Part shown: positions 45,281 to 53,017 of the stretch, one piece after another
Layout of the letters: each line of letters starts with the position of its first letter
Position numbering within the stretch: the stretch's first letter is position 1
From: Candidatus Edwardsbacteria bacterium
GTDB lineage: Bacteria; Edwardsbacteria; AC1; JBFLXN01
Length of the DNA: 53,017 nt
Assembly (NCBI GenBank): GCA_040755715.1
Contig: JBFLXN010000001.1
Coordinates: 1-53,017, forward strand
Direction of reading: 5' to 3'
Notes under the pieces: generated by a model
Told to the model about the DNA's origin: nothing
The model's database searches: none
Seen by the model: only the letters and a program-made list of their open reading frames with translations
Position numbers and translations under genes: made by a program

Positions 45281-46831
45281 TTACAGCGGTATGTTCCCAT
45301 GCTTTTTGGGTGGGTTTGTGTCTCTCTTGTTTTGTAGCATCTCCAAGGCATTGATTAGTTTTGGTCTTGTTTCACTGGGACGAATGATTTCATCTATGTA
45401 TCCACGAGAGGCTGTGATAAACGGATTAGCAAATTTGTCTACATATTCAGCCACTTTTTCAGCTCTTATTTTTGCCGAATCTTCTGCCTTAGCAATTTCC
45501 TCACGATACAAAATATTGACTGCACCCTCAGGACCCATCACCGCAATTTCCGCCGTGGGCCAAGCATAATTAATATCTGCACGAATATGTTTACTATTCA
45601 TTACGCAATACGCACCGCCGTAAGCTTTCCGGGTTATGACAGTCAATCGTGGCACTGTTGCCTCACAAAAGGCGAACATCAATTTTGCTCCCTGTTTAAT
45701 TACACCACTGTGTTCTTGAGCTACGCCTGGCAAAAAACCGGGCACATCTTCAAAGACAACCAACGGAATATTAAAACAATCACAAAATCTTACAAATCTC
45801 GCTCCCTTAACAGAAGAGAGAGTATCTAAAACGCCAGCTAAGACTGCGGGCTGATTTGCCACAAGGCCAACGCTTCTCCCATTGAGTCTGGCGAAGCCTA
45901 CAATCAGGTTTTCAGCAAAATGCTGGTGCACCTCTAAAAATTCACCGTTATCAACAACCCGATGAATTATCTCCTTCATATCGTAAGGTTTTATCGGACT
46001 ATCAGGAACTATTCTGTCTAATTCAGCATCCATACGATTTGGGTCATCCTTACATTCAACTACAGGTGGGTCCTCAAGATTGTTCTGAGGCAAATAGGTC
46101 AGTAATTCACGAATTCCCTTTAGACATTCCTCTTCTGTTTCTATAGCAAAATGAGCCACACCGCTCGTAGTGTTATGCACCATTGCGCCACCAAGTTGCT
46201 CAAAGGTAACCTCTTCATGTGTTACTGTTTTAATCACATCAGGTCCGGTAAGGAACATATAGGAGGTTCCCTGCACCATAAATACGAAATCTGTCAGTGC
46301 TGGCGAATACACCGCTCCTCCAGCACAAGGACCCATAATCGCTGAAATCTGGGGAACTACCCCAGAAGCCAAAACATTTCGCAAAAAAATATCTGAATAC
46401 CCTGCCAGGCTATCTACGCCTTCTTGAATTCTGGCACCTCCTGAATCTTTTAATCCAATAATGGGCGCACCATTCTTCATTGCCAAATCTTGAATCTTAC
46501 AAATCTTTTCTGCATAAGCCATACTTAAAGAGCCACCAAATACAGTAAAGTCCTCAGAAAGGACATAAGCCAGACGCCCATTGATTTGCCCATAGCCAGT
46601 GATTACTCCATCACCTAAGATTTTTTTCTTCTCCATCTCAAAATCAATACAGCGGTGAGTAACAAACATATCCATCTCTTTGAAACTACCCTTATCCAAA
46701 AGCAAATCAATCCTTTCCCGGGCGGTCAGTTTACCTCCTTCGTGTTGTCTTTTAATTCTCTCTTCTCCGCCGCCTAAAAGTGCCTCTTTCTTTAGTTTTT
46801 CTAAATGTTTCAATCTCTCTTCAATATTCAT
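45281..46831 (-). CDS. propionyl-CoA carboxylase beta / methylmalonyl-CoA carboxyltransferase-type subunit
   Basis: 516 aa. [30 protein letters not shown] and [16 protein letters not shown] motifs. Confidence 0.85.
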   Translation of the reverse strand: MNIEERLKHLEKLKKEALLGGGEERIKRQHEGGKLTARERIDLLLDKGSFKEMDMFVTHRCIDFEMEKKKILGDGVITGYGQINGRLAYVLSEDFTVFGGSLSMAYAEKICKIQDLAMKNGAPIIGLKDSGGARIQEGVDSLAGYSDIFLRNVLASGVVPQISAIMGPCAGGAVYSPALTDFVFMVQGTSYMFLTGPDVIKTVTHEEVTFEQLGGAMVHNTTSGVAHFAIETEEECLKGIRELLTYLPQNNLEDPPVVECKDDPNRMDAELDRIVPDSPIKPYDMKEIIHRVVDNGEFLEVHQHFAENLIVGFARLNGRSVGLVANQPAVLAGVLDTLSSVKGARFVRFCDCFNIPLVVFEDVPGFLPGVAQEHSGVIKQGAKLMFAFCEATVPRLTVITRKAYGGAYCVMNSKHIRADINYAWPTAEIAVMGPEGAVNILYREEIAKAEDSAKIRAEKVAEYVDKFANPFITASRGYIDEIIRPSETRPKLINALEMLQNKRDTNPPKKHGNIPL

Positions 46832-47646
46832 AATGGTTTCTCCAAATCTTTACTACACACTATTCCTATTTTGAGGTCGTGTTCAAAGATTAATAGCCAT
46901 TCTTCTTCCTTTGCTTTCTTAAGTAATTCCTTCTTTTTCCCCATTGTCACAAGCGGATAGAGGTCGTAGCCCATCACAAAAGGAATCTTCAGGTGTGAGG
47001 TTGTAGGAATTAAATCACCAAAGTATATAGCCGTCTTTTCTCCGTCCTGAATTAAAATACTCTGATGTCCCTCAGTATGTCCTCCGGTAACCAAAGTCTT
47101 TATCCCCGGCACTATCTCTATATCTCCCTCAATTAATTCTAATTGTTTAAACTCTAACAAGGGAAGAAAATTCTCTGCAAGATAACTTGCCTTTGTCCTC
47201 TCATTGGGTGAAATAGCGTCTTCCCATTCTTTTTTTTGAATAAAATACTTTGCTTTTGGAAATGTTGGCACAATTTTGCCGTCTTCTGTCCTTATGGTAT
47301 TCCCACCGCAGTGGTCAAAATGCAGATGTGTATTTATGACAATGTCAATATTGTTTGGCGACACTCCAATCTTTTTGAGTGAAGAAATTAGTGTATCTTT
47401 TTTGTCAATTCCATATATCTCGGCAATTTTTTTGCTGAACTTATCTCCTATCCCTGTATCAATCAATATTTTTTTGCCCTTTGTTTCAATCAAGAGACAG
47501 TTCAGTCCCAATTCAATTCTATTCTTTTCATCAGGTGTGCTAAGTCTCTCCCAGATAACCTTAGGGACGACGCCAAACATCGCCCCTCCATCAAGAGCAA
47601 ATTTTCCATCACTCAAAAGAAAAATTTCCATACTTCTGAATTTCAC
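46828..47646 (-). CDS. MBL-fold metallo-hydrolase
   Basis: 272 aa with [10 protein letters not shown] (HxHxDH). Has a 4-nt overlap with the PCC-beta start. Confidence 0.75.
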   Translation of the reverse strand: MKFRSMEIFLLSDGKFALDGGAMFGVVPKVIWERLSTPDEKNRIELGLNCLLIETKGKKILIDTGIGDKFSKKIAEIYGIDKKDTLISSLKKIGVSPNNIDIVINTHLHFDHCGGNTIRTEDGKIVPTFPKAKYFIQKKEWEDAISPNERTKASYLAENFLPLLEFKQLELIEGDIEIVPGIKTLVTGGHTEGHQSILIQDGEKTAIYFGDLIPTTSHLKIPFVMGYDLYPLVTMGKKKELLKKAKEEEWLLIFEHDLKIGIVCSKDLEKPL

Positions 47647-47678
47647 TTTTAATTTCCCTTCAAAGGCTTGCTAAAAAA

Positions 47679-47737
47679 AGTTCATAGTTCATGGTTCGTA
47701 GTTCATACCATCAACTATAAACTATGAACTATCAACT
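47679..47737. repeat. operon-spacer hairpin, word GTTCATA
   Basis: Arm 47679-47706 matches the reverse complement of 47710-47737 at 23 of 28 positions, with a 3-nt loop. The right arm overlaps the stop of the B12-subunit gene. Confidence 0.75.
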
Positions 47738-48133
47738 GTGTTTCTTCACTGTTTTCTGGATAAAGTTGACTATTTCCGTAGTGGGTGTACCTGGGCCAAA
47801 AAGTTGTTTCACCCCCATTTTTTTTAGCGCCCTTATGTCTTCCTCAGGAATTATCCCCCCCCCTGTAAGTGTAATTCCAGTTGCCTTCTTTTCTTTTAAG
47901 AGTTTAAGGATTTTAGGAAAGACTGTCATATGGGCACCAGAAAGGATGCTTACTCCTATTACCTCCACATCTTCTTGAATTGCTGTTTCTACAATCATTT
48001 CTGGTGTTTGATGCAGACCGGTATAAATAACTTCCATTCCTGCATCTCTCAGGGCCCTGGCTACGACTTTTGCTCCCCGGTCATGCCCATCAAGTCCAGG
48101 TTTAGCGATTAAAACACGAATCTTTCTCTCCAT
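47732..48133 (-). CDS. B12-binding small subunit of an acyl-CoA mutase
   Basis: 133 aa. [20 protein letters not shown] carries the DxHxxG base-off/His-on motif, and GGG.IP is present. Confidence 0.85.
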   Translation of the reverse strand: MERKIRVLIAKPGLDGHDRGAKVVARALRDAGMEVIYTGLHQTPEMIVETAIQEDVEVIGVSILSGAHMTVFPKILKLLKEKKATGITLTGGGIIPEEDIRALKKMGVKQLFGPGTPTTEIVNFIQKTVKKHS

Positions 48134-48159
48134 AATGCCTCCGATAGACGCTTCACGCC

Positions 48160-48555
48160 TTACGCTTCACGCTTCACGCTCGAGGCTTGACGTCTCTGGC
48201 GTTTAACACTAAGCGCATTTCTAAATTTTCTAGTTTTTGCTTCAATTTTATCACAAAATTCACAGATATCTTTAACTACAATGTTTTCAAGAAATCCCAG
48301 CCTCTCACATACTTTCATACAGGCAATTATTTCAACAAGTGACTTAAGAGAAATCCCAAGAAATCTTCTGAATTCGGCATCGCTGTCCGAAGCTCTTCCT
48401 TCTGCGATATTTAAAGATACAGAGACAGCGACTCTTTTGAGTTGACTTGACAAGCCAAATTTTTCATCTTCTGGGAGTTTTGCTGTAATTTTGTATATCT
48501 TTTCCACAAGATCCAATGACAATTGCCATATCTCTAATTTTTCAAAAGGATACAT
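48160..48555 (-). CDS. four-helix-bundle protein (23S rRNA intervening-sequence protein family)
   Basis: 131 aa. [44 protein letters not shown]. The C-terminal tail SSVKREA is encoded by ACGCTTC words. Confidence 0.8.
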   Translation of the reverse strand: MYPFEKLEIWQLSLDLVEKIYKITAKLPEDEKFGLSSQLKRVAVSVSLNIAEGRASDSDAEFRRFLGISLKSLVEIIACMKVCERLGFLENIVVKDICEFCDKIEAKTRKFRNALSVKRQRRQASSVKREA

Positions 48556-48647
48556 TCAATCCTCCTTTTAGGCACGTTTTACGCCTTACGCTCGGTGCCT
48601 GGCGTTCAGCGTCAAGCGTCAGGCATTTAGCGTTTAGCGTCCAGCAT

Positions 48648-50297
48648 TCAAAAGACCGGTGGTTCTTTATATTCGCCAAAGACTTCTCTCAAGGCGTCAC
48701 AAATCTCACCAATGGTGGTATAACAACGAACGCATTCTAAGAATCTTGGCATTAGATTATCTTTGCTTTTGGCGGCTTTTTTTAATTGTTCCAGAGTCTT
48801 CTTCACTTTCAAGTTGTCTCTCTCCCGACGCACTTTATTTAAGTTTTTGATTTGTTCTTGCTCCACCCCAGGACCAATCTTCAAGAGTTCAATTTCCGGT
48901 TGTATTTCATCTGCGAATTCATTCACTCCCACCACAATTTTTTCTTTTTTCTCAAGTTCTTTTTGATAGCGGTAAGCACTGTCGGCAATTTCCTTCTGGA
49001 AGAATCCTTTCTCAATCGCCTTAATTACTCCACCTAAGATTTCAATCTTTTCAAAATATTTTTCTGCTTCTTCTACCATCCTGTTAGTTAATACTTCTAC
49101 ATAATATGAACCAGCAAGTGGGTCAATGGTATTGGCGACTCCAGTTTCGTAAGCAATAACCTGCTGGGTTCGCAAGGCAATTTTGGCTGCCTTTTCTGTT
49201 GGTAAAGCATAAGTTTCATCCATTGAATTAGTGTGCAGACTTTGTGTTCCACCCAAAACTGCTGATAAGGCTTCAAACGCGGTGCGCACAATATTATTTT
49301 CCGGCTGTTGAGCGGTAAGACTGCAACCCGCAGTTTGGGTATGAAATCTCAGAAGACAAGACCGTGGGTCTTTGGCTTTGTACTTTTCTTTCATCCTTTT
49401 AGCCCAGATGCGTCTGGCCGCTCTATATTTGGCTATTTCTTCAAAAAAATCTAAATGAGCATTAAAGAAGAAAGAAAGGCGTGGGGCAAATGTATCTACC
49501 TCCATACCAGCTCTTACCCCCGCCTCCACATAGGCAAATCCATTGGCTAAAGTAAAAGCCAGTTCCTGAACTGCTGTTGAACCGGCTTCACGAATGTGGT
49601 AACCACTGATGCTGATGGTATTCCATTTCGGCACATAATCGGCACTGAATTTCATAATATCAGTAATGATGCGCATTGAAGGTTCGGGAGGAAAAATCCA
49701 GGATTTCTGGGCTTGATACTCTTTTAATATATCATTTTGAATTGTGCCAGTGAGAAGCTTTGAGTCAACGCTCTGTTTTTCTCCCACCGCTATATACATC
49801 GCCAAAAGAATTCCTGCTGGGGCATTAATCGTCATAGAAGTAGAAATCTTATCCAATGGAATACCGTGGAATATTGTCTCCATATCCTTCAGAGAGTCAA
49901 CTGCTACTCCGCATCTTCCCACTTCACCTTTGGAAAGCGGATGGTCAGAATCTCTCCCATAAAGTGTAGGAAAATGAAAGGCGACCGAAAGTCCTGTCTG
50001 ACCGTGTTTGAGAAGAAATTTATATCTGGCATTTGTATCTTTGGGTGTACCGAATCCTGAAAATTGACGCATTGTCCACAACCGTCCACGATACATATTG
50101 TAATAGACACCACGAGTATAAGGATATTCTCCTGGAAAACCTATGTCTTTCAAATAATCTACGCCCACGACATCTTCTGGTGTATAAAGCACTCCTACTG
50201 GCTCTCCTGAAATAGTCGTAAATTTCCACGGTCTCTGTTTACCCTCTTCGGAGAGTTTTCTCTCCCATTCTTTTCTAAGTTTGTTTATCTCATCCAT
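48648..50297 (-). CDS. acyl-CoA mutase large subunit, ICM-type (Phe/Gln) with an atypical AFHFPT motif
   Basis: Preferred start is [11 protein letters not shown], with GAGGT upstream. TMRQFSGF and [15 protein letters not shown] carry the Phe80/Gln198-type substitutions. [15 protein letters not shown] replaces the usual AFD(L/M)PT..GYDSD. Confidence 0.8.
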   Translation of the reverse strand: MDEINKLRKEWERKLSEEGKQRPWKFTTISGEPVGVLYTPEDVVGVDYLKDIGFPGEYPYTRGVYYNMYRGRLWTMRQFSGFGTPKDTNARYKFLLKHGQTGLSVAFHFPTLYGRDSDHPLSKGEVGRCGVAVDSLKDMETIFHGIPLDKISTSMTINAPAGILLAMYIAVGEKQSVDSKLLTGTIQNDILKEYQAQKSWIFPPEPSMRIITDIMKFSADYVPKWNTISISGYHIREAGSTAVQELAFTLANGFAYVEAGVRAGMEVDTFAPRLSFFFNAHLDFFEEIAKYRAARRIWAKRMKEKYKAKDPRSCLLRFHTQTAGCSLTAQQPENNIVRTAFEALSAVLGGTQSLHTNSMDETYALPTEKAAKIALRTQQVIAYETGVANTIDPLAGSYYVEVLTNRMVEEAEKYFEKIEILGGVIKAIEKGFFQKEIADSAYRYQKELEKKEKIVVGVNEFADEIQPEIELLKIGPGVEQEQIKNLNKVRRERDNLKVKKTLEQLKKAAKSKDNLMPRFLECVRCYTTIGEICDALREVFGEYKEPPVF

Positions 50298-50378
50298 ATT
50301 TTTTACCTCGCTAATAAATTTAAAAATCACATATTGCCATGTAAAATAAATAAGGGTTGTATTTGCCCAGACTGCGAA

Positions 50379-50407
50379 ATCATACCTTTAGTTAGTTGAC
50401 AAAGCAA
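50379..50407 (-). promoter_or_regulatory. possible promoter upstream of the ICM-type mutase gene
   Basis: Minus strand reads TTGCTT, 17 nt, TATGAT. Only a moderate match to consensus. Confidence 0.25.
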
Positions 50408-50505
50408 CAGATCAAAATTTGAAATGTTTAAAAAATTTGGGATTGTCATTTTGTCCGATGACTCCATATTCCCGATGAAAATCGGGACATCGGAGATATT
50501 TGAAT

Positions 50506-51492
50506 TTATCTTCTCCTCTTGGCTAAAAGGTTATCAACTATTTTGAATGGGTCAATTTCTTTCTTATATATCCGTTCCACTGCTTCATCCAAACGATTCT
50601 CTTTGAGAGTAAGATGTTCTCTAATTTTTTCTTCCAATATTGCCTTGAGTTGGGATTTAATCTGGCGTTTACGATTGACTTCAAAAAGCCCACTATTTGT
50701 TAAATATCTTCTGTGTGTAAGTATAGATTGTAGAAGTCCATCAATTCCTTTATCGTTAACTGCTTCAGTCATCAATATGGGATAGTCCCAGCCATTGTTT
50801 TTCTGGCGGAGTTCCGAAACAACCTTTAGTTCCTTAACCAAACCGTGTGCCCCTTGTCTATCAGCTTTATTAACCACAATAATATCAGCAATCTCTAATA
50901 ATCCAGCTTTCATCACTTGAATGCTATCTCCGGATTCTGGCACCAGAACCAGAACGGTAGTATCGCCAGCATCAGCGATATCCAGTTCAACCTGACCGAC
51001 ACCCACGGTTTCAATAATAACATAATCTATTCCGAAGGCCTCCATTAGCAAAGCTACCTCATTAGTTGCTCGGGCTAATCCTCCAAGACTCCCTCTGGTA
51101 GCCATACTTCTGATGAAGAGGCCTTCTTTACCAGTCAACTCCATCATCCGAATGCGGTCGCCTAAGATTGCCCCCCCCGAAAATGGACTGGTCGGGTCAA
51201 CCGCAATAATCCCAACTTTTTCTCCTTTAGCCAAAATTCTCTGGGCAAGTTTGTCAACCAGAGTGCTCTTTCCTGCTCCGGGGGGACCAGTAATTCCAAG
51301 ACGATAACTCTCTCTACTATGAGAGAAAATTTCTCTCAGGAGATGCTTATAACCATCAGAGCGATTTTCTACTTGAGAAATCGCCTTGGCTAAAGCAACT
51401 TTGTCACCTTTGAGGAGACCCTTTACTAAGTGTAGGGGCGTGGCAACCCCGCTACCACGGTTTGATATTTTGGGGATTTTCTTCAATGGCAT
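50506..51492 (-). CDS. meaB: MeaB/ArgK-type G-protein chaperone of B12 mutases
   Basis: 328 aa. GITGPPGAGKSTL (P-loop), IIETVGVGQ and VVNKAD motifs. Confidence 0.85.
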   Translation of the reverse strand: MPLKKIPKISNRGSGVATPLHLVKGLLKGDKVALAKAISQVENRSDGYKHLLREIFSHSRESYRLGITGPPGAGKSTLVDKLAQRILAKGEKVGIIAVDPTSPFSGGAILGDRIRMMELTGKEGLFIRSMATRGSLGGLARATNEVALLMEAFGIDYVIIETVGVGQVELDIADAGDTTVLVLVPESGDSIQVMKAGLLEIADIIVVNKADRQGAHGLVKELKVVSELRQKNNGWDYPILMTEAVNDKGIDGLLQSILTHRRYLTNSGLFEVNRKRQIKSQLKAILEEKIREHLTLKENRLDEAVERIYKKEIDPFKIVDNLLAKRRR

Positions 51493-51614
51493 AGGAAATT
51501 ATACTACGAATTGCACGAATGGAACGAATTAAATACAAATAATTGGCAAATTTTATTCATAGTGTTTTGTCAACAAGTAGAGAGAATTAAAAACTCTTTT
51601 CTCGCTACTTGCTA

Positions 51615-52259
51615 CTAAATAAAGGGATGATTTCGCAGATTTAATTTACCCAGCATTATGGAGAAGACGCTACCCGAAAGCCGGAGTCCGAGCGCTTGTA
51701 AGAAGCCGAATCCCAGCTCCGACTCGCCGTCTTTTTCATTCTTATACTCTTCATAGCTTTGATTATTTTTACCAAGATAGGTTATTCCTTCTTTCCCAAC
51801 AATTTCTGCGGCAATAGAAGAAAAAATGCCCAAAAGTCCATCTATCTCACCTTTATAGTCTCGGACAGCAGTCTTCTCCACTTTGACAGTGGCAACATTC
51901 ACTAACATTAAAGTAACAGCATATGTCTGTCCAACTTTTCCCACATTCCCTCCAATTATCTTTCTCACTCCAAGTGCCTTTCCAAATTTGGCAATGCAAC
52001 TCGCCTGGTCACAGGCACCTGTATGCTGAAGTGCCCATTCCTTCAAGACGCTCTCCCTCTTCTCGGTTGTAACTAATGTAAACCAGCTTCGTTCCTGAAG
52101 TTTGTCCAGTTCTGCAATTAGTCTGTAAGTCATTGTCTTCACCTCATCCTCAGAAACTCCAGAAGCAGAAAGGTCCATTACAAAAAGAGTCGTCTTAGCA
52201 GTGCTTACTCCGAAACTTAAAATAAGCAAAACTATGGGCAAAAGAAATTTCTTCAACAT
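51615..52259 (-). CDS. secreted CsgG/LpoB-like domain protein, paralog of 43359-44339 with a different C-terminus
   Basis: 214 aa. The first ~155 aa align with the paralog. AGGAGG RBS. Confidence 0.55.
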   Translation of the reverse strand: MLKKFLLPIVLLILSFGVSTAKTTLFVMDLSASGVSEDEVKTMTYRLIAELDKLQERSWFTLVTTEKRESVLKEWALQHTGACDQASCIAKFGKALGVRKIIGGNVGKVGQTYAVTLMLVNVATVKVEKTAVRDYKGEIDGLLGIFSSIAAEIVGKEGITYLGKNNQSYEEYKNEKDGESELGFGFLQALGLRLSGSVFSIMLGKLNLRNHPFI

Positions 52260-52299
52260 TTTTTCTCCTCCTTTTTAACCACAAATTGCGGAAATCTGA

Positions 52300-52920
52300 G
52301 CCAAAATCTGTCTATCCAAAGTTCCAAAGACGATTGCTCATTCCCGTATCCGATTTCGGGCCGATTCGGGACTATTTTGCAAAAAGGTTATAGAATTTCT
52401 CCATCAAGAGGGCTATGGTTATGCGATTGTAGCTAAACTTTATCCGACCATTAAAAGACTAGCTATGGGATGTCGTTTTCAGAAACTAAAGAATGGCTGG
52501 GAATCAGCAGAGTTCCAATATCAACCCTACAAATGGAAGACACCTCACCGTTTTATGGTAGTTCGACACCCTATCCCCGAAGACCCAGTGGAGGCAAAGC
52601 AATTGACCCTTTTCAAACACAAAAGGTATGCCTACCATGTTCTTGTTACCAATCTGAAGATGCATCCGTGGAGGATATGGCGATTCTACGCCAGCAGAGC
52701 TATTATTGAAAAAGATGTCCGAGAACTTCTTTACGATTATCCTCTGGGGCATATCCCAACAAAGGACTGGACAGCCAAGGTGGCTTTCTTCCAGCTTCTC
52801 CTACTGGCTTACAACATCGTTCATTGGTTCAAGAGACTTTATCTGCCAAAGGAATATTTGTACGCCACACTAGATACAGTCAGAAATGATTTTCTAGTGC
52901 TTTATGACATAAGTTCTTGA
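52300..52920 (+). pseudogene. 5'- and probably 3'-truncated DDE transposase (IS1380/IS4-like) relic
   Basis: The frame is open from 52300 and reads ...IRFRADSGLFCKKVIEFL (second catalytic Asp region), then YASRAIIEKDVRELL (the YxxRxxxE motif). There is no N-terminal half, and it abuts the lipoprotein start. Confidence 0.6.
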
Positions 52921-53017
52921 CAAATTAAATTATTTATGATATACTACCTCCAAAAGGAGGTGGTATACTTGAAAATAAAAAATCAAGTTAAATTAAAACC
53001 AAATGAGCGAAAATTAT

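Noticed and set aside
1594-48647. The tandem short words in the spacers as possible CRISPR arrays or ordinary microsatellites.
   Set aside because: The units are only 6-9 nt and degenerate, with no unique spacers, and no cas genes are present. They are arranged as inverted arm pairs rather than one direct array, so neither CRISPR nor simple VNTR fits.
51427-51455. A degenerate REP-like palindrome (GTAGCGGGGTTGCCACGCCCCTAC) in the first 25 codons of meaB, as another in-frame REP insertion.
   Set aside because: The arms pair only with a bulge and mismatches. I also cannot tell without an alignment whether the MeaB N-terminus is extended, so the evidence is too weak to call.

Overview
This 53-kb window comes from a low-GC bacterial genome. 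It looks like an uncultivated anaerobic amino-acid and short-chain acyl-CoA fermenter with a Gram-negative-type envelope, but I cannot assign a taxon. All calls rest on motifs read by eye; no searches were run. About 60 genes all lie on the minus strand; the only plus-strand coding sequence is a transposase relic at the right edge. The core is one very large co-directional metabolic array with four parts. (i) Branched-chain amino-acid fermentation: ilvE, a four-subunit 2-oxoacid:ferredoxin oxidoreductase (porGDAB), ptb and buk. (ii) A leucine/HMG-CoA block: methylcrotonyl-CoA carboxylase beta, split biotin carboxylase and BCCP, an enoyl-CoA hydratase, and an archaeal-type HMG-CoA synthase/thiolase/DUF35 trio. 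(iii) A butyrate/crotonate block: hbd-like, crotonase, CoA-transferase and a thiolase-like gene. (iv) A methylmalonyl-CoA block: PCC-beta-type carboxyltransferase, a second split BC plus BCCP, epimerase, two acyl-CoA mutase large subunits (one MCM-type, one ICM-type), one B12-binding subunit and MeaB. Cofactor-service genes (birA, cobO), alanine dehydrogenase and methionine gamma-lyase are also present. This array is heavily colonised by selfish or accessory material that keeps the host orientation. There are at least 7 toxin-antitoxin-like modules, including 2 HEPN/MNT pairs, VapBC, DUF433/DUF5615, a TumE-like pair and a decayed PIN relic inside the por operon. There is a REP-associated tyrosine transposase with GTAG-type REP palindromes, several of them inserted in frame into coding genes. 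Two inverted copies of a ~240-260 nt MITE-like element are present. Two 23S-rRNA-IVS-family four-helix-bundle ORFs are present. The most unusual feature is that almost every intergenic spacer is a long imperfect hairpin whose arms are tandem 6-9 nt words, and the two IVS-family ORFs sit inside the loops of such hairpins. I recognised no rRNA, tRNA or CRISPR array.
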